DNA of 64,000 nucleotides from Eledone cirrhosa (Eukaryota). Both the position numbers and the translations under genes were made by a program. The stretch lies in assembly GCA_964016885.1 (NCBI GenBank), contig CAXHJY010001714.1, positions 1 to 64,000 of the forward strand, given 5' to 3'. Shown here piece after piece: positions 49,624 through 60,172 of the stretch; within the stretch, counting starts at the first letter, position 1; the number at the start of each line of letters is the position of its first letter. The notes beneath the pieces are model-generated. The model saw only the letters and a list, made by a program, of their open reading frames with translations. It was not told where the DNA came from and did no database searches.

Positions 49624-52600
49624 TACATAGTGAAGATTATATAAAAGGGGATTTTGAGTCAAGAAAATAGATCTATTAATCAGGGGGAACAAAAATTGTT
49701 TACACAATATTAATAGTTGATATTTTTCACTTTACTTTTATTGAAGATTTACTGTCTTGTTAGTGTATAATTAAATCTCTTCAGTAATATTTCATTTAAA
49801 GAATTTGTTCGACTATTATTGCTTCTTTCAATCTTAACCCTTTTCTCACCTTATTTCTAATGAATTAAACCATGTCTGTTTCAATGTTTCAATTAATTTT
49901 GAACATGATCTAGAATTAGTGTTTTTAGTGTAATAATTAAAATTTTTGTTAATTGGAATATAACCATAACATTATGATGGGAGATTTTAGTTTAAATATG
50001 AGTACTTTAACTATTAATAGCCTATAATGATTTAGCAAAAAATATTTAAAAGTAGGTTTTTAATGTTTATAGTATCTTTACCTGTGGACAGATCATTTTG
50101 AAAATTTTCTGTATTAAAGACTTTAATTGCAAAAAATATTTAAAAATGGGTTTATTCAAATGTTTATAGTATCTTTATTTGTGTACAGATCATTGTGAAC
50201 ATTAGAGTAAGGACTTTAATTGTTAATGTGATGCAGTTATAGTACTGTTTTGTACTTCTCAAGAATGTGTTACTAATGTGGGTTTTGTGTGATGCAGGAC
50301 ATTGGGAGTTAAAATGACATGTAAAAGAATTAACTCTAATCTTGTCTTTTTATTTTTGGTATTTCTAGATCCTAATGAAGATCAGTTTGTAAAGAGAAGA
50401 GAAGCCAAAAAGGAACGTGTTGCTAAGAATGAACTGAAAAGATTACGAAATATTGCTCGAGCTCAAAAGCTGAAAGGTATTCTCAGAATTTAATGATTTC
50501 AAAAACAAATTTATGGTGTTGTTGAGTTATTGCATATAATTAACATCTCTTGCAGCTGCTTGAAGCTTCAGTGTTTTACTTTTAACTAAAGAGTTTCAGT
50601 GGTGCAGTTGAGTAAATGAGGACGCTTCTACCTGCTAGAATTAACAGCCAAATCTCTTGAATCACACCCTTGTCATAAAAAGGGAACTACATATTAATTA
50701 AACTGTCCTAGCTCAACATCATTAATATTTACATTTCTACGGTGAATTGGCAGTATCAGTAGAGGCTCGGACATGCTTTCTAGCATAGTTACGTCCCTTT
50801 ACGGTCTGAGTTCAAATCCCATCGAGGTTAACTTTACCTTTCATCCTTACGGGGTCGATAAAATAAAGTACCAGTAATGCACTGGGTAATTGCTGGCCTT
50901 GTGCCAAAAGTAGAAACAATATTTACATTTCTACATTCACTTTTCCATGTTGACGTGTTGGATTAGACATTTTTGATACGGTTTTGTGCAGCCTGATGTC
51001 AGTGCTTATTTTTAAGTGTGTGCTAGTTTTGTAATGCCCATGACCTAACCATCTGCATTGGTACTTATTTATTTTAGTTGAGTGTTGGAGCAATGTGAAA
51101 TGAAGCATCTTGCTCAAGAACACAATGTGTCACCCTGTCCAGGAATTGAAACCAGGACTTTGTGATTGTGAGGCCATCACACTAGTCAATGGTCCAACAG
51201 CAACATTAACTCTTAACATCCTGTAATGATTTACTGGAAAATATCTAAAAACAGTTTGTTAATTAGTTGCGAAAATTTGAAAGTGTTAGAGTAAAGATTT
51301 TATTTTTAATGTGATGCAGCAATAGTGCTTGATTTATACTTTTCAAGCATGTCTTGCTAATGTGGTTTCATGTGGTACAGGACATTGAGTGTTAAGGTAA
51401 TTTTCCCTGCTAAATCAGAAGTTAGCCTTGTGAGCTTCATGATATGCTCCATACTCATCAGTTTTTTGTGCGGCAATATTTTACAGTTGGATGTCCTTTT
51501 GGAATGGACAGTCAAATTTTCAGGTGCCTTTTAACAAAAACAGATAAAAATATTACTAGAAATACAATATATCAGTTGACATTTATATATATACTTGTGT
51601 AATGTTATGCCTTTTCCCACAAAAACATGAGAAGCTAGTGTATGACTTGTATACTGGACATTGTAAATATTGTATGTAAAATGGAGGTGCGACTTATACA
51701 TGAGTATATACAGCAATTTATATAATCCTGTATTTATTGTATAAAGGTGGTGAATTGGCAGTAGTATTGCTAGAGTATCGGACAATATGCTTTGCAGCAT
51801 AGTTACAGCCCTTTACGTTCTTAGTTCAAATCCCACTGAGGTTAGCTTTGCCTTTCATTTTTAAGGGGTCACAAAAATAAAGCGACTGGGGTCGATTTAA
51901 TCGACTTGCCTGTCCCCCCCCAAAAAAAATTGTTGGCCTTGTCCCTAAATCAGAAACCATGTGGATTGGCAGTATCGGTAGAGGATCGGACGCCATGCTT
52001 TCCAGCATAGTTACGTCCCTTTACGATCTGCGTTCAAATCCTGCCGAGGTTAACTTTGCCTTTCATCCTTACGGGGTCGATAAAATAAAGTACCAGTAAT
52101 GCACTGAGTAATTGCTGGCCTTGTGCCTAAAGTAGAAACAATTATTTGTATGTGTAAAGGTGATGAATTAACAGAACCGTTAAAACATCAGAACAATGTT
52201 TTAATGTAGTTCTAGCTCTTTACATTCTGAGTTTAAATTCCACTGGTGTCAACTTTGACTTCCATTCTTCCGTGGTCAAATAAGTACTGGAGTCGATATA
52301 ATTAACTTCCCCTCCCACTAGACTAGTGATCATGTGCATAAATTAGAAATCATTATTTGCCTTTCATCCTTACGGGGTCGATAAAATAAAGTACCAGTAA
52401 TGTACTGGGTAATTGCTGGCCTTGTACCAAAAGTAGAAACAATTATTTGTTCATATAATGTATATTCTTGATTTATCTCCCCTTGCAACTTTATAATCCT
52501 GAATAGCAGAATAGACTGTCTATATTCCATTGTATCAACCAAATTTTTAATCCATCCACACACAAACACACAAAAAAAAAGTTCCCACTGCTTGGATTTT

Positions 52601-55600
52601 ATCAAAATTTCTATAAAATTTTCAATTAGAAATACTGAATAAATTCTCTTGTTATAAAGATGTTATAAAAATAAGCTTGTTTGTTTGCAAAATACAATAT
52701 ATAAATTTTTCTTTTATACAATCTGAAACTATTAAAATAAATAATTTTAATAATCATCATCGTTTTTACATCCATTTTTCCACACTTGCATGATTCCTTT
52801 TCAGCACAGCATAAAGATAGATAAAAGAAGCAGCATAAAATTTAAATGCATGCAATAAACTACATATATTTAGCTAAATAAAAAAAATAAAATTTCTTAT
52901 ATATTGGTGTATAAGTTGGTCAGTGCTAAAGTTCATTTTGTTTCTAATAAGGAAGCCCAGATTCCTTTATAAGTTTTTCTTTTTAATTGCCTTTCTGTAT
53001 TGAGGATATGAACTTTCCAGAAAACATTGTTCAAAGCTAGCTTGTGTAGGAATTGAAATTTATTTAGTGACAAATATGAGGTTCACACACATTTGATCCT
53101 TTCATTACCATATTTCTAATGACATACACTATATGAAGAATTTGAAAGGATTTACTTTGAAAGGACTATTAAGATAGTATTTATATCAAAGTTAATGAAT
53201 GATTCTGATGCAAAATTGTGTTGGAAGATTTTAATTTAAATAGGAACGCTTTAAAATGGGTGGTTTTGTTTCAAAGAACTTGAGCCTGTTTTGGTCAAAA
53301 TGGTTCTATGATATAAAGCTGTTTATTTAAAAGTCTTTCACCATAATATTAATTAAAAGCCTTTGTTATGTTCCAGTCCCAGCTTAATCATAAAAAGTTA
53401 GTTATATTGTTAAATCACTTGAGTATTTTCAAAATGCCAGTTGGCTGGAATAGGTAAAAGGGTGTCTTTCATTAGAAGTGTGGTAGCAAAAGCATTAAAT
53501 ATATTTAAAGTTTAGAAATGGCTTCAGTCTTCACGCCAAATCTTTGTTGTTTTTTCATATAATTTTATAGTTTTTATCTTGTAGTGATTGTTATTTTCTT
53601 TCCTCTTCAGTTTCTGAACTCCATACACCTGCACAAGTTGAAAAGAAGCAGGATGTGCAGCGTAAACTTACTCTTGCTAAATTTTCAACTGCTTCTGTTG
53701 GAAAGTTCACTGAGAATTTACCAAAAGAAAAATCTGCTAAAAATGTTGGAAAGAAAAGAAAGGTTTGTTTCTGAAGTTCTTTTTTTTTCCCTTTCATATT
53801 ATTTACTAGGTGGACACTGCCTTTCATTCCTTGCCCCTCGAGTCTAACGCACTTTCCCATCCTTCTCTGCCACACCTCCATGCACTCCTGGAAGGATTCT
53901 TCACAGCTCTGTCATCATGGCCCTCTTGAAAAAGAATCACCCAGAGCCAGGTTGGGTGAGCAGGGAGGTTGCAACAGCACAGCAATGTTCTTTGCTGGAA
54001 ACTTGCCTGTGGCAAGAACTCTGTGGACAATGCCTTTCTCATTGGTGAGCATGATCAACATGAGTTTGACTTTGGGTTTTGACTGTCTTGCTTTCTTTGG
54101 CCTCTGGCCTCCGTTCTCATCCACTGAAGGCTCTGCTGCTTGGTCTCCGGGTCATACTCGAAGATCCATCATCGCTGGTGATGGCTCTCCTCAGCAAGTC
54201 AGGGTTGGTTTCCAGACACTCAAGGATGTCCTCACACACCTGCATGTGCCACTCTTTCTGGTCATCGTTCAGCAGCTTCGCACCATCTTTGTGCAGACCT
54301 TCCATATGTCCAAATCTTTGCTAGTAATCTTCCAAATGCTTTCGCTGTTCACACCCAGCTCACTTGTGATAAGTTGGAGAGTCATCTGATGATTGTCACG
54401 CACCACCTGCCCCTCGCAGTACCACACTGACAAAAATTTGGCCTACTGCCTAATGAAAATTAATCTTTTTTTTTTTTTATAAACTAAAGTTTTAGTAAGT
54501 AGGAAAGAGGATGAAATTCTGCTACCATCAGTGAAATGGTTGTGCTTAATAGGTAGGAATTCCATGTCATACACTCAGTGTAGACTGTGGACACACTGTA
54601 GTGGGATCACAGGTAAGCTGACAAGGAAAGTATACTTCGTATTTGGCAAATGTATGGTACTCAGGAAATGAACTCCCCTTTATGCTAAAAAAAACTTTTG
54701 CTATCTAGGAGGCTTCATTAGCAGTGGAGGTAAATGTACTGAAAGTGTTGTAGTCAGTGACGACAGGGTGGAAGAAGTACAGGGAGCTGACAACGAACGG
54801 CAAATTATATGATGTATGTGTTTGAACTACAATGCTATATGGCAGTAAAATATGGGCCTTAAGTGCAAAAGATTTGCTGTATCTAAAAAAAATAAGGCAA
54901 GCATGCTTTACTGAATGTATAATATTCGCATATATTAATGACAGCACAAGTGAACTGCAAAAGGAGAGTAAAAGATGTATAAAAATGTGCTAATGCTTGA
55001 AGTGGATGGAGCCTGTAGAGGGAAACTAAGGAAGCCATGGTATGGAATTGTGAGGAATAACCTCAACAAACTAAATCTTAGTGAGAAGATAACATAGGAC
55101 TGAGCTGACTGGCAATATGCCATAAATATAATAGATCCATCCATCAGTATAAGCACTGAGAGACTAGTTGACAATATAGAGTCTAAGAGGACTCTTAAAT
55201 CTAGACAATCATATGACAATCTCTCTAGTGCTGGGATTGTGATAAAACATACCCAATCCATTCTTAAAGTGGTAGTGCTGGTGCCACCATAAAATATGCC
55301 CAGTTCATGCTGTAAAGTGGTAGTACTGGTGCCACCATAAAATATGCCTAGTTCATGCTGTAAAGTGGTAGTACTACTACCACAAAAAACAAAACCACTT
55401 TTACAGCGTTAGCGTAATAAAAAATATTACTTGTCATGTGTGGCCCTTGGGAGACCCTCAGTTTGACATGCCCAAGGAAGAGCATCCAGCGATAGAAACC
55501 ATGCTAAATAAGGAACGTATGTGTGAGGTCAGGTCACACTAACCTATTTGATCTAGGACTGACAACCTGTTCAACAGCAAGGAAAGCAGGCCTAAAAATG

Positions 55601-57628
55601 ATGATAGTGATGAACCTTGTAAAAATGTTTTCTAGCTCTTCATTGTTATATCTCCTCTAAACTATAGTGGACATAGGTCTCTTCCTTCCCTTACTGGTCA
55701 ATAAGGGCATTGTTTGGCATTAAGAAGTTCACCTCGCAGCCACATGGTCTTTGGTCCTATCCCATATTTACTGTAGCTTTGGACCAACTTCTGAGTAAAT
55801 TTGGTAGACAGAAATTGTAAAGAAACCTATTGGATATGTGTTTACTACATGGCTCTTCATAACCACATTTTACACACGTGGTGACGACAGTTTATGTCCT
55901 GCATAAACAATACGTCCAACAATAAAATAGCTCAATGAAAGTGAGCAGTATCCAATCATAAAAAAACTGCCATAAAATAATCTTATCCAACCCATGCCAG
56001 CATGGAAAACCATCATCTTCATCACCATTTTACATCTATTTTCTATGCTGGTATGAGTTAGATGGGTTATCAAGTTCTGAGGTTTGAGAGGTCAGATGAC
56101 CATGCCTTGTTCATACATTCCATTTTTGCATGTTTTCTGCAGCTGGATTGCCTTCCTTACACCAACCACTTTATAGTATCTACTGGAGACATTTTATTGT
56201 GACCTGTGCTACCACCTTACCAGGTGCTTTTTATCGTGGCATTGCACTACTACCTTACAGAGTGGGCTGAAAGCATTTTATAGCACCAACACTATAACTC
56301 AATGTAAAAATGTTGATGATTATGAGTTAGTCAATGAAAATTCAGTTAGGTTTCAATTAACTCCCTGATGTATAAATTTCTAGATTGATTTCTATCTTTA
56401 TTGATTTTCTTATATTCAGTTTGCACCCAACCATGGTGATATCAAAGTAGAAACAACACATCAGTTGGATCTTTTAAAGAAAATTACAAACAAGAAGCCA
56501 ATTATTGATGTTGCTAAAGCTGCCAATAAACAGATATATCAAGATGAAGTTGCTAGGTAAGTTCTGCTTTTTTCATTTCTTCCTTTGTAAACTTTAACCA
56601 CATCGACTTTTCCATGCTGCCATGGGTTGGACAGGACTTTCTGAGGCAATGTTTTAATGTGAGATGCCCTTCCTGACACCAATCCCTTACAGCAAGCAGG
56701 GATACGGTGTACCTAACAGAGAGTTGAGCAGATTCTTCAGTTGTGTCCATGATATAATGATGCTTGTGTCATGAAAAAATGCACCTAGTATTTCCTGGAG
56801 CGAGAAAGAAAGAGTGAGTGAGAGAGAGCATGGGAACAAGATATGGTCTCTAGTCCATTTGAAAGATCAGTAACTCCAAATAAGTACTGACTTGGTCTGT
56901 AGTGTCCAACACTTGCTAACAAGGAGAGAAGACATTAAGTGATGTTGATGAATTGGTGCAGGCATAGCTGTGTGGTTAAGAAATTCCCTTGAAAGTGAGT
57001 GTAGATGGGCATCGTGAAGAGCATTGAATTCTGGCCCCTAAAGTCTTGGAGAAACATATAAAACTGAAATTTTGTTTCTGTAAAATCTTTGCAACATAGT
57101 CTCATTCAAATGAACAGGGTGTTTTTAATTTGTCCCCCATCTCATCATCATCATCATCTTCGTTTAACGTCCATTTTCCACGCTAGCATGGGTTAGACGG
57201 GATCTATTTATATATTATTTGATTTGCAAATATATCTGGAAAGTTTACTTCACATGGTCCAGTCAGTTGCAACTGTGGATTGGGGAATGTGTTGTTTTTT
57301 AAGTAAGACATTGCTTTTCATGATAAGACTGGGGACCCTATCATTAAAACACCCAAGAAACCTATGTGATGCAACCTCATAGGAATTTTTTTCATTTTTT
57401 CCATTAAAATGCTCTAAATATATTTGAATGAGTATTTTTCATTACTTTATTTCATGTTTAGAAATCATTTAAAATCATATTTTTATAAATTTTAGATCCA
57501 AAGTAAACAAAATGAATCCAAAGAAGAAATTCAAAGAAGGATCTAAGAAAAAGAACACAAATATTGAAAAATATTTTAATAAGAAAGCATTAAAGGGTAA
57601 AACGTTGGGGAAAAAAAGACGACATTAA
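34239..57628 (+). CDS. RRS1: Ribosome biogenesis regulatory protein homolog, 10 coding exons, 337 aa
   Basis: join(34239..34390,36168..36240,39085..39123,43654..43692,44368..44469,45525..45603,50369..50476,53611..53762,56420..56556,57496..57628) = 1014 nt open frame; RRS1 motifs [79 protein letters not shown]. Confidence 0.97.
36168..36240 (+). CDS. RRS1: RRS1 exon 2 ([24 protein letters not shown])
   Basis: tttcag|G ... CAG|gtataa. Confidence 0.95.
36930..37692 (-). mobile_element. Tigger/pogo transposon 5' relic in RRS1 intron 2
   Basis: Terminus TA|cagtgagtcctcgattcacag on -; N-terminal CENP-B/pipsqueak HTH MAPKRP...KRMRKSLSLEIKLDILKRKEQGQGTSTINRNLGLAQSTV, then MERLLKIWID. Confidence 0.8.
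37320..37424. repeat. Perfect 39-bp inverted repeat with 27-nt spacer
   Basis: 37320-37358 gacgtcataactcttaactgatcacttcagttcggcaaa is the exact reverse complement of 37386-37424. Confidence 0.97.
39085..39123 (+). CDS. RRS1: RRS1 exon 3 (LPTEKNDGIVNVQ), 39 nt
   Basis: ttttgcag| ... CAG|gtaact, phase 0/0. Confidence 0.93.
39390..40111 (-). mobile_element. GC-rich non-coding retroelement, possibly non-autonomous RTE-derived, interrupted by the SINE
   Basis: Bounded by (TA)n; ends ...gcagtcatcat on -; segment 39665-39740 is related to 42530-42600 in the opposite orientation. Confidence 0.45.
39465..39649 (+). mobile_element. Young full-length tRNA-derived SINE with 14-bp target-site duplication
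   Basis: TSD aattaattctatca at 39451-39464 and 39650-39663; A box tggcagtatcgg, B box gttcaaatcc. Confidence 0.93.
40137..41153 (-). mobile_element. Mariner relic (internally deleted) containing a nested MITE
   Basis: TIRs cgaggtttgtctgaaaagt / acttttcagacccacctca; transposase piece VEDDPRSGKPSTSRTEANIEHMRQVVRGDRQLTV. Confidence 0.85.
40223..40406. mobile_element. piggyBac-type MITE (TTAA TSD) nested in the mariner
   Basis: TTAA|ccctttagcattta ... taaatgctaaagg|TTAA; same family as 57855-58051. Confidence 0.85.
43654..43692 (+). CDS. RRS1: RRS1 exon 4 (LPTTKTVIPREKP), 39 nt
   Basis: ttttacag| ... CCT|gtaagt. Confidence 0.95.
44368..44469 (+). CDS. RRS1: RRS1 exon 5 ([34 protein letters not shown])
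   Basis: ttgtcag| ... AAG|gtttgt. Confidence 0.96.
45525..45603 (+). CDS. RRS1: RRS1 exon 6 ([26 protein letters not shown])
   Basis: ttctag| ... G|gtgtgt, phase 1. Confidence 0.95.
46531..46672 (+). mobile_element. Third, more divergent (TA)n-embedded fold-back element
   Basis: Arms agagataggtaaa / tttacctatctct followed by cccactctgc...attgagtactctcgtg..tggtc tail like the 1899 and 11501 copies. Confidence 0.45.
46808..46888 (-). ncRNA. Type I minimal hammerhead ribozyme motif (Penelope-like element associated)
   Basis: Minus strand: GAAGCUGU CUGAUGA [~46-nt imperfect stem II] GAAA U-AUGU-A UC ACAGUUUU; complete core CUGANGA/GAAA/UH, 8-bp stem I, short stem III. Confidence 0.7.
46902..49170. 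repeat. 47-bp minisatellite (~24 units) split by a LINE insertion
   Basis: Unit gaactgaccaagatgatgttcttgaggcagtccaagttaa(g/a)acaagg; ~6.5 units at 46902-47212 and ~17.5 units at 48342-49170. Confidence 0.97.
47213..48341 (+). mobile_element. Young 5'-truncated RTE-clade LINE with uninterrupted ORF C-terminus and (GAT)n tail
   Basis: ORF 47179..48039 with PHD-type finger, FCYLGD, LHGSETW, RRLRWYGHV, GRPKMTW; 3' UTR then gatgatgat tail ending at ~48341. Confidence 0.95.
50369..50476 (+). CDS. RRS1: RRS1 exon 7 ([36 protein letters not shown])
   Basis: tttctag|AT ... G|gtattc; overlaps ORF 50302..50493. Confidence 0.96.
50741..50920 (+). mobile_element. tRNA-derived SINE
   Basis: Same family as 39465-39649. 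Confidence 0.9.
51210..51391. mobile_element. TTAA-flanked MITE (ctcttaacatcctgta TIR family)
   Basis: TTAA|ctcttaacatcctgta ... tacaggacattgagtg|TTAA; relatives at 63328-63541, ~63640-63733, ~50180-50312. Confidence 0.65.
51746..52446 (+). mobile_element. Cluster of four same-orientation tRNA SINE copies
   Basis: Copies at ~51746, 51961, 52158 and 52357. Confidence 0.85.
53611..53762 (+). CDS. RRS1: RRS1 exon 8 (VSELHTPAQ...[15 protein letters not shown]...GKKRK)
   Basis: ctcttcag|TT ... AAG|gtttgt. Confidence 0.95.
53825..54410 (-). mobile_element. Mariner transposase fragment
   Basis: KLLNDDQKEWHMQVCEDIL..ITSDD, KARQSKPKVKLMLI, QPPCSPNLA (YSPDLAP-like motif). Confidence 0.85.
54480..55615 (+). 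mobile_element. Old degraded RTE LINE 3' part, including a short 48-bp tandem repeat at ~55266-55375
   Basis: Remnants KTKVLVSRK, GWKKYREL, LYDVCV; 3' UTR motifs. Confidence 0.7.
56420..56556 (+). CDS. RRS1: RRS1 exon 9 (FAPNHGDIK...KQIYQDEVA)
   Basis: tattcag| ... AG|gtaagt, phase 2. Confidence 0.93.
57496..57628 (+). CDS. RRS1: RRS1 exon 10, Lys-rich tail to stop
   Basis: ttttag|A TCC AAA ... GKKRRH TAA; basic C-terminus typical of a nucleolar protein. Confidence 0.88.
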
Positions 57629-57640
57629 ACAAATTTTTTT

Positions 57641-57705
57641 AATAAATATTAAATTTTATCTGCTTTAGTTTTTATTATCATTGTTTTTGTGTTGGTGTCT
57701 CTGTT
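57641..57705 (+). terminator. RRS1 polyadenylation signal and downstream GU/U-rich element
   Basis: AATAAA at 57641-57646 followed by ...tttagtttttattatcattgtttttgtgttggtgtct. Confidence 0.6.
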
Positions 57706-57854
57706 ATAAAAAAAATTTCAGCTCTTTTTTTTTTTTTTGCCCTTATATTGTTTACTACCAAATCACATGATACAGAATCAGCTATTTTAAAGTGTTAATC
57801 AAGATTATCCTAGTCTTAGGAGAAGACATATCTTTTTTGTGTGTTTTTTGTTAA

Positions 57855-58051
57855 CCCTTTAGCATTTACATTACTCTATTTTTACTATTGTATTTTCACG
57901 GTAAAGGCTTTATCTCACGTAATATTGAGTCTATGAGATTTTGATATTTTTTTTTTGAGAACAATACCTTTACATTGCTATGAGCAGCCGGTTTGAACAG
58001 AAAGAGCTGAGAGAGTTCTGGCCAGATATGGCCAGTTTAAATGCTAAAGGG
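57855..58051. mobile_element. piggyBac-type MITE (TTAA TSD)
   Basis: TTAA|ccctttagcattta ... taaatgctaaaggg|TTAA, perfect 14-bp TIR. Confidence 0.88.
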
Positions 58052-58434
58052 TTAACTGATTCTTTTTTTTAGAAACTTTGCATTGTGTTGTAGTGGGGCT
58101 ATTACATTATTTGTGATTGTTATTATCACAAGTAGTGTGGTGTGACAGTTGATGTTGGTGCTAATTTTTTTAATATAGTGTTTTACTGTTTGTGTTATGG
58201 TTTATGTTGAATATAGATGTTTACAGGTTTGTTTGTTTTTGGTTGTTTGATACTGAAGTTTATTGCAGTTATGTTTCAGGTTGGTTATTTATTGCTAATG
58301 TATAATTGGAGTTGTATTCTCTTATGTTGGATGTATCTGTTATTAATTTGAATATAGGGATTGTGGTGTTAAAGAATTCTTTAACCCTTCTGTTATCATA
58401 TTTCTAATAAAAGATACTACCTATGATTTTAAAA

Positions 58435-58998
58435 CCACTTTACAGTGTGTACTGTGAGCATGGTTTCTATGGCTGGATGCTCTTCCTAATACCGACCACT
58501 TCACAGTTTGTACTGTGAGCATGGTTTCTATGGCTGGATGCTCTTCCTAATACCGACCACTTCACAGTTTGTACTGTGAGCATGGTTTCTATGGCTGGAT
58601 GCTCTTCCTAATACCGACCACTTCACAGTGTGTACTGTGAGCATGGTTTCTATGGCTGGATGCTCTTCCTAATACCGGCCACTTCACAGTGTGTACTGTG
58701 AGCATGGTTTCTATGGCTGGATGCTCTTCCTAATACCGACCACTTCACAGTTTGTACTGTGAGCATGGTTTCTATGGCTGGATGCTCTTCCTAATACCGA
58801 CCACTTCACAGTTTGTACTGTGAGCATGGTTTCTATGGCTGGATGCTCTTCCTAATACCGACCACTTCACAGTGTGTACTGTGAGCATGGTTTCTATGGC
58901 TGGATGCTCTTCCTAATACCGACCACTTCACAGTGTGTACTGTGAGCATGGTTTCTATGACTGGATGTCTTTCTTAGCACCAACCACTTTACATAGTG
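58435..58998. repeat. 61-bp minisatellite, ~9 near-identical units
   Basis: Unit ccacttcacagt(g/t)tgtactgtgagcatggtttctatggctggatgctcttcctaataccga, period 61. Confidence 0.97.
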
Positions 58999-59149
58999 TA
59001 CTGAAAGCATTTTATCATGATTTCAACACTAACACCTTATCAATCGTGGTACCACCACTAAGGTGCTCAGGGTACATGTTCATTCAGGGGGGTACTGACA
59101 TTGTTGGAGTGGGAGGGGAGTTATGGTGGTGCCTGGCTTCCCTTGTAGC

Positions 59150-59800
59150 CTAAAAGGTTGGTTGGATGGCCAAACTGCATCTCGTCTGTTAATTCTGTTC
59201 CAAATTAGTTGTGCAATAACTCTCAGTAACTTTCATAACTTGGTCCATCAGCTTGATACCTCTGCTTTGCCCTTGTAGATGTTGATGATGCTGCTAAGCC
59301 AGTCATTAGATATGTTGCCATCCTGAATTACTTGATTTACTATGTTGCTAGTGAGAGCATCTCAGCTACTATCCTTGCTGGACCTGCTGTTTTATCTGAC
59401 GTCACAATCTTAATTGCTAACTTAGATGGCTGATCAATCTGTTGGATCAGAGGAATGGCTGATAAGAGTGGTACAAACCATGCACAGAGGCGCAGTCAGA
59501 AAGGTTAAAGTCAATAGTGACAAATTTAGCATGCAGGTTGGGGTCCACTAGGATCTCTGTCCACAACCTCCTCATGTTTATTATTGTCCATAACAGGAGT
59601 TTAAAACTGGCTGCTTATGAGAACTCTTATGCCCTTGATCTAGTCCTCAGCAACAGAACTAGAGAAGAAATTCCAAACATGGAATCAAAAAGCCTCAGAG
59701 TCAACTTAGCAAAGATCCAAGTCCTAGTAAGTAAAAAAGGAAACAAGGCCCTGATTCCTTAAGGGAAATGGTCTAGCTCAGTAGGCAAAAATTCCATGTA
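59150..59800. mobile_element. Rearranged RTE LINE fragments (- then +)
   Basis: - strand SSIINIYKGKA/RGIKLMDQV; + strand VGVH*DL..., SLRVNLAKIQVLVSKKGNKALIP. Confidence 0.7.
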
Positions 59801-60057
59801 TATTAATGTACTTCATGTTAGTTTATATTTTGAAAGACATTTCTAGTGTAAGAATGTCATTTATGATATATACTGGCTGCAGCCTTTTAAATATGCTTTC
59901 TATGATAGGCTAATCTGATCTGAGTATGTTTACGTGTTGTGTGTTGATGTATCAAGAATATTTACTAAATAATTGCTACGTGAATATTGTAACGATAAAA
60001 TCTTTTATGTATTTGGTGTTTTATGAGGCTGTTTACTTGTAAACAACCCAAATATTA

Positions 60058-60172
60058 ATTGTTTCTACATTTGGCACAAGGCCAGCAATTAACCAGTACA
60101 TTACTGGTACTTTATTTTATTGACCCCCGTAAGGATGAAAGGCAAAGTTAACCTCGGCAGGATTTGAACTCA
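60058..60172 (-). mobile_element. 5'-truncated tRNA SINE
   Basis: Reverse complement of the Meta-like SINE core. Confidence 0.85.

Noticed and set aside
34391-57495. Intronic snoRNAs, expected in a ribosome-biogenesis host gene
   Set aside because: No convincing C/D box pair with terminal stem or H/ACA double hairpin found by eye; a snoRNA/Infernal scan would be needed to exclude them
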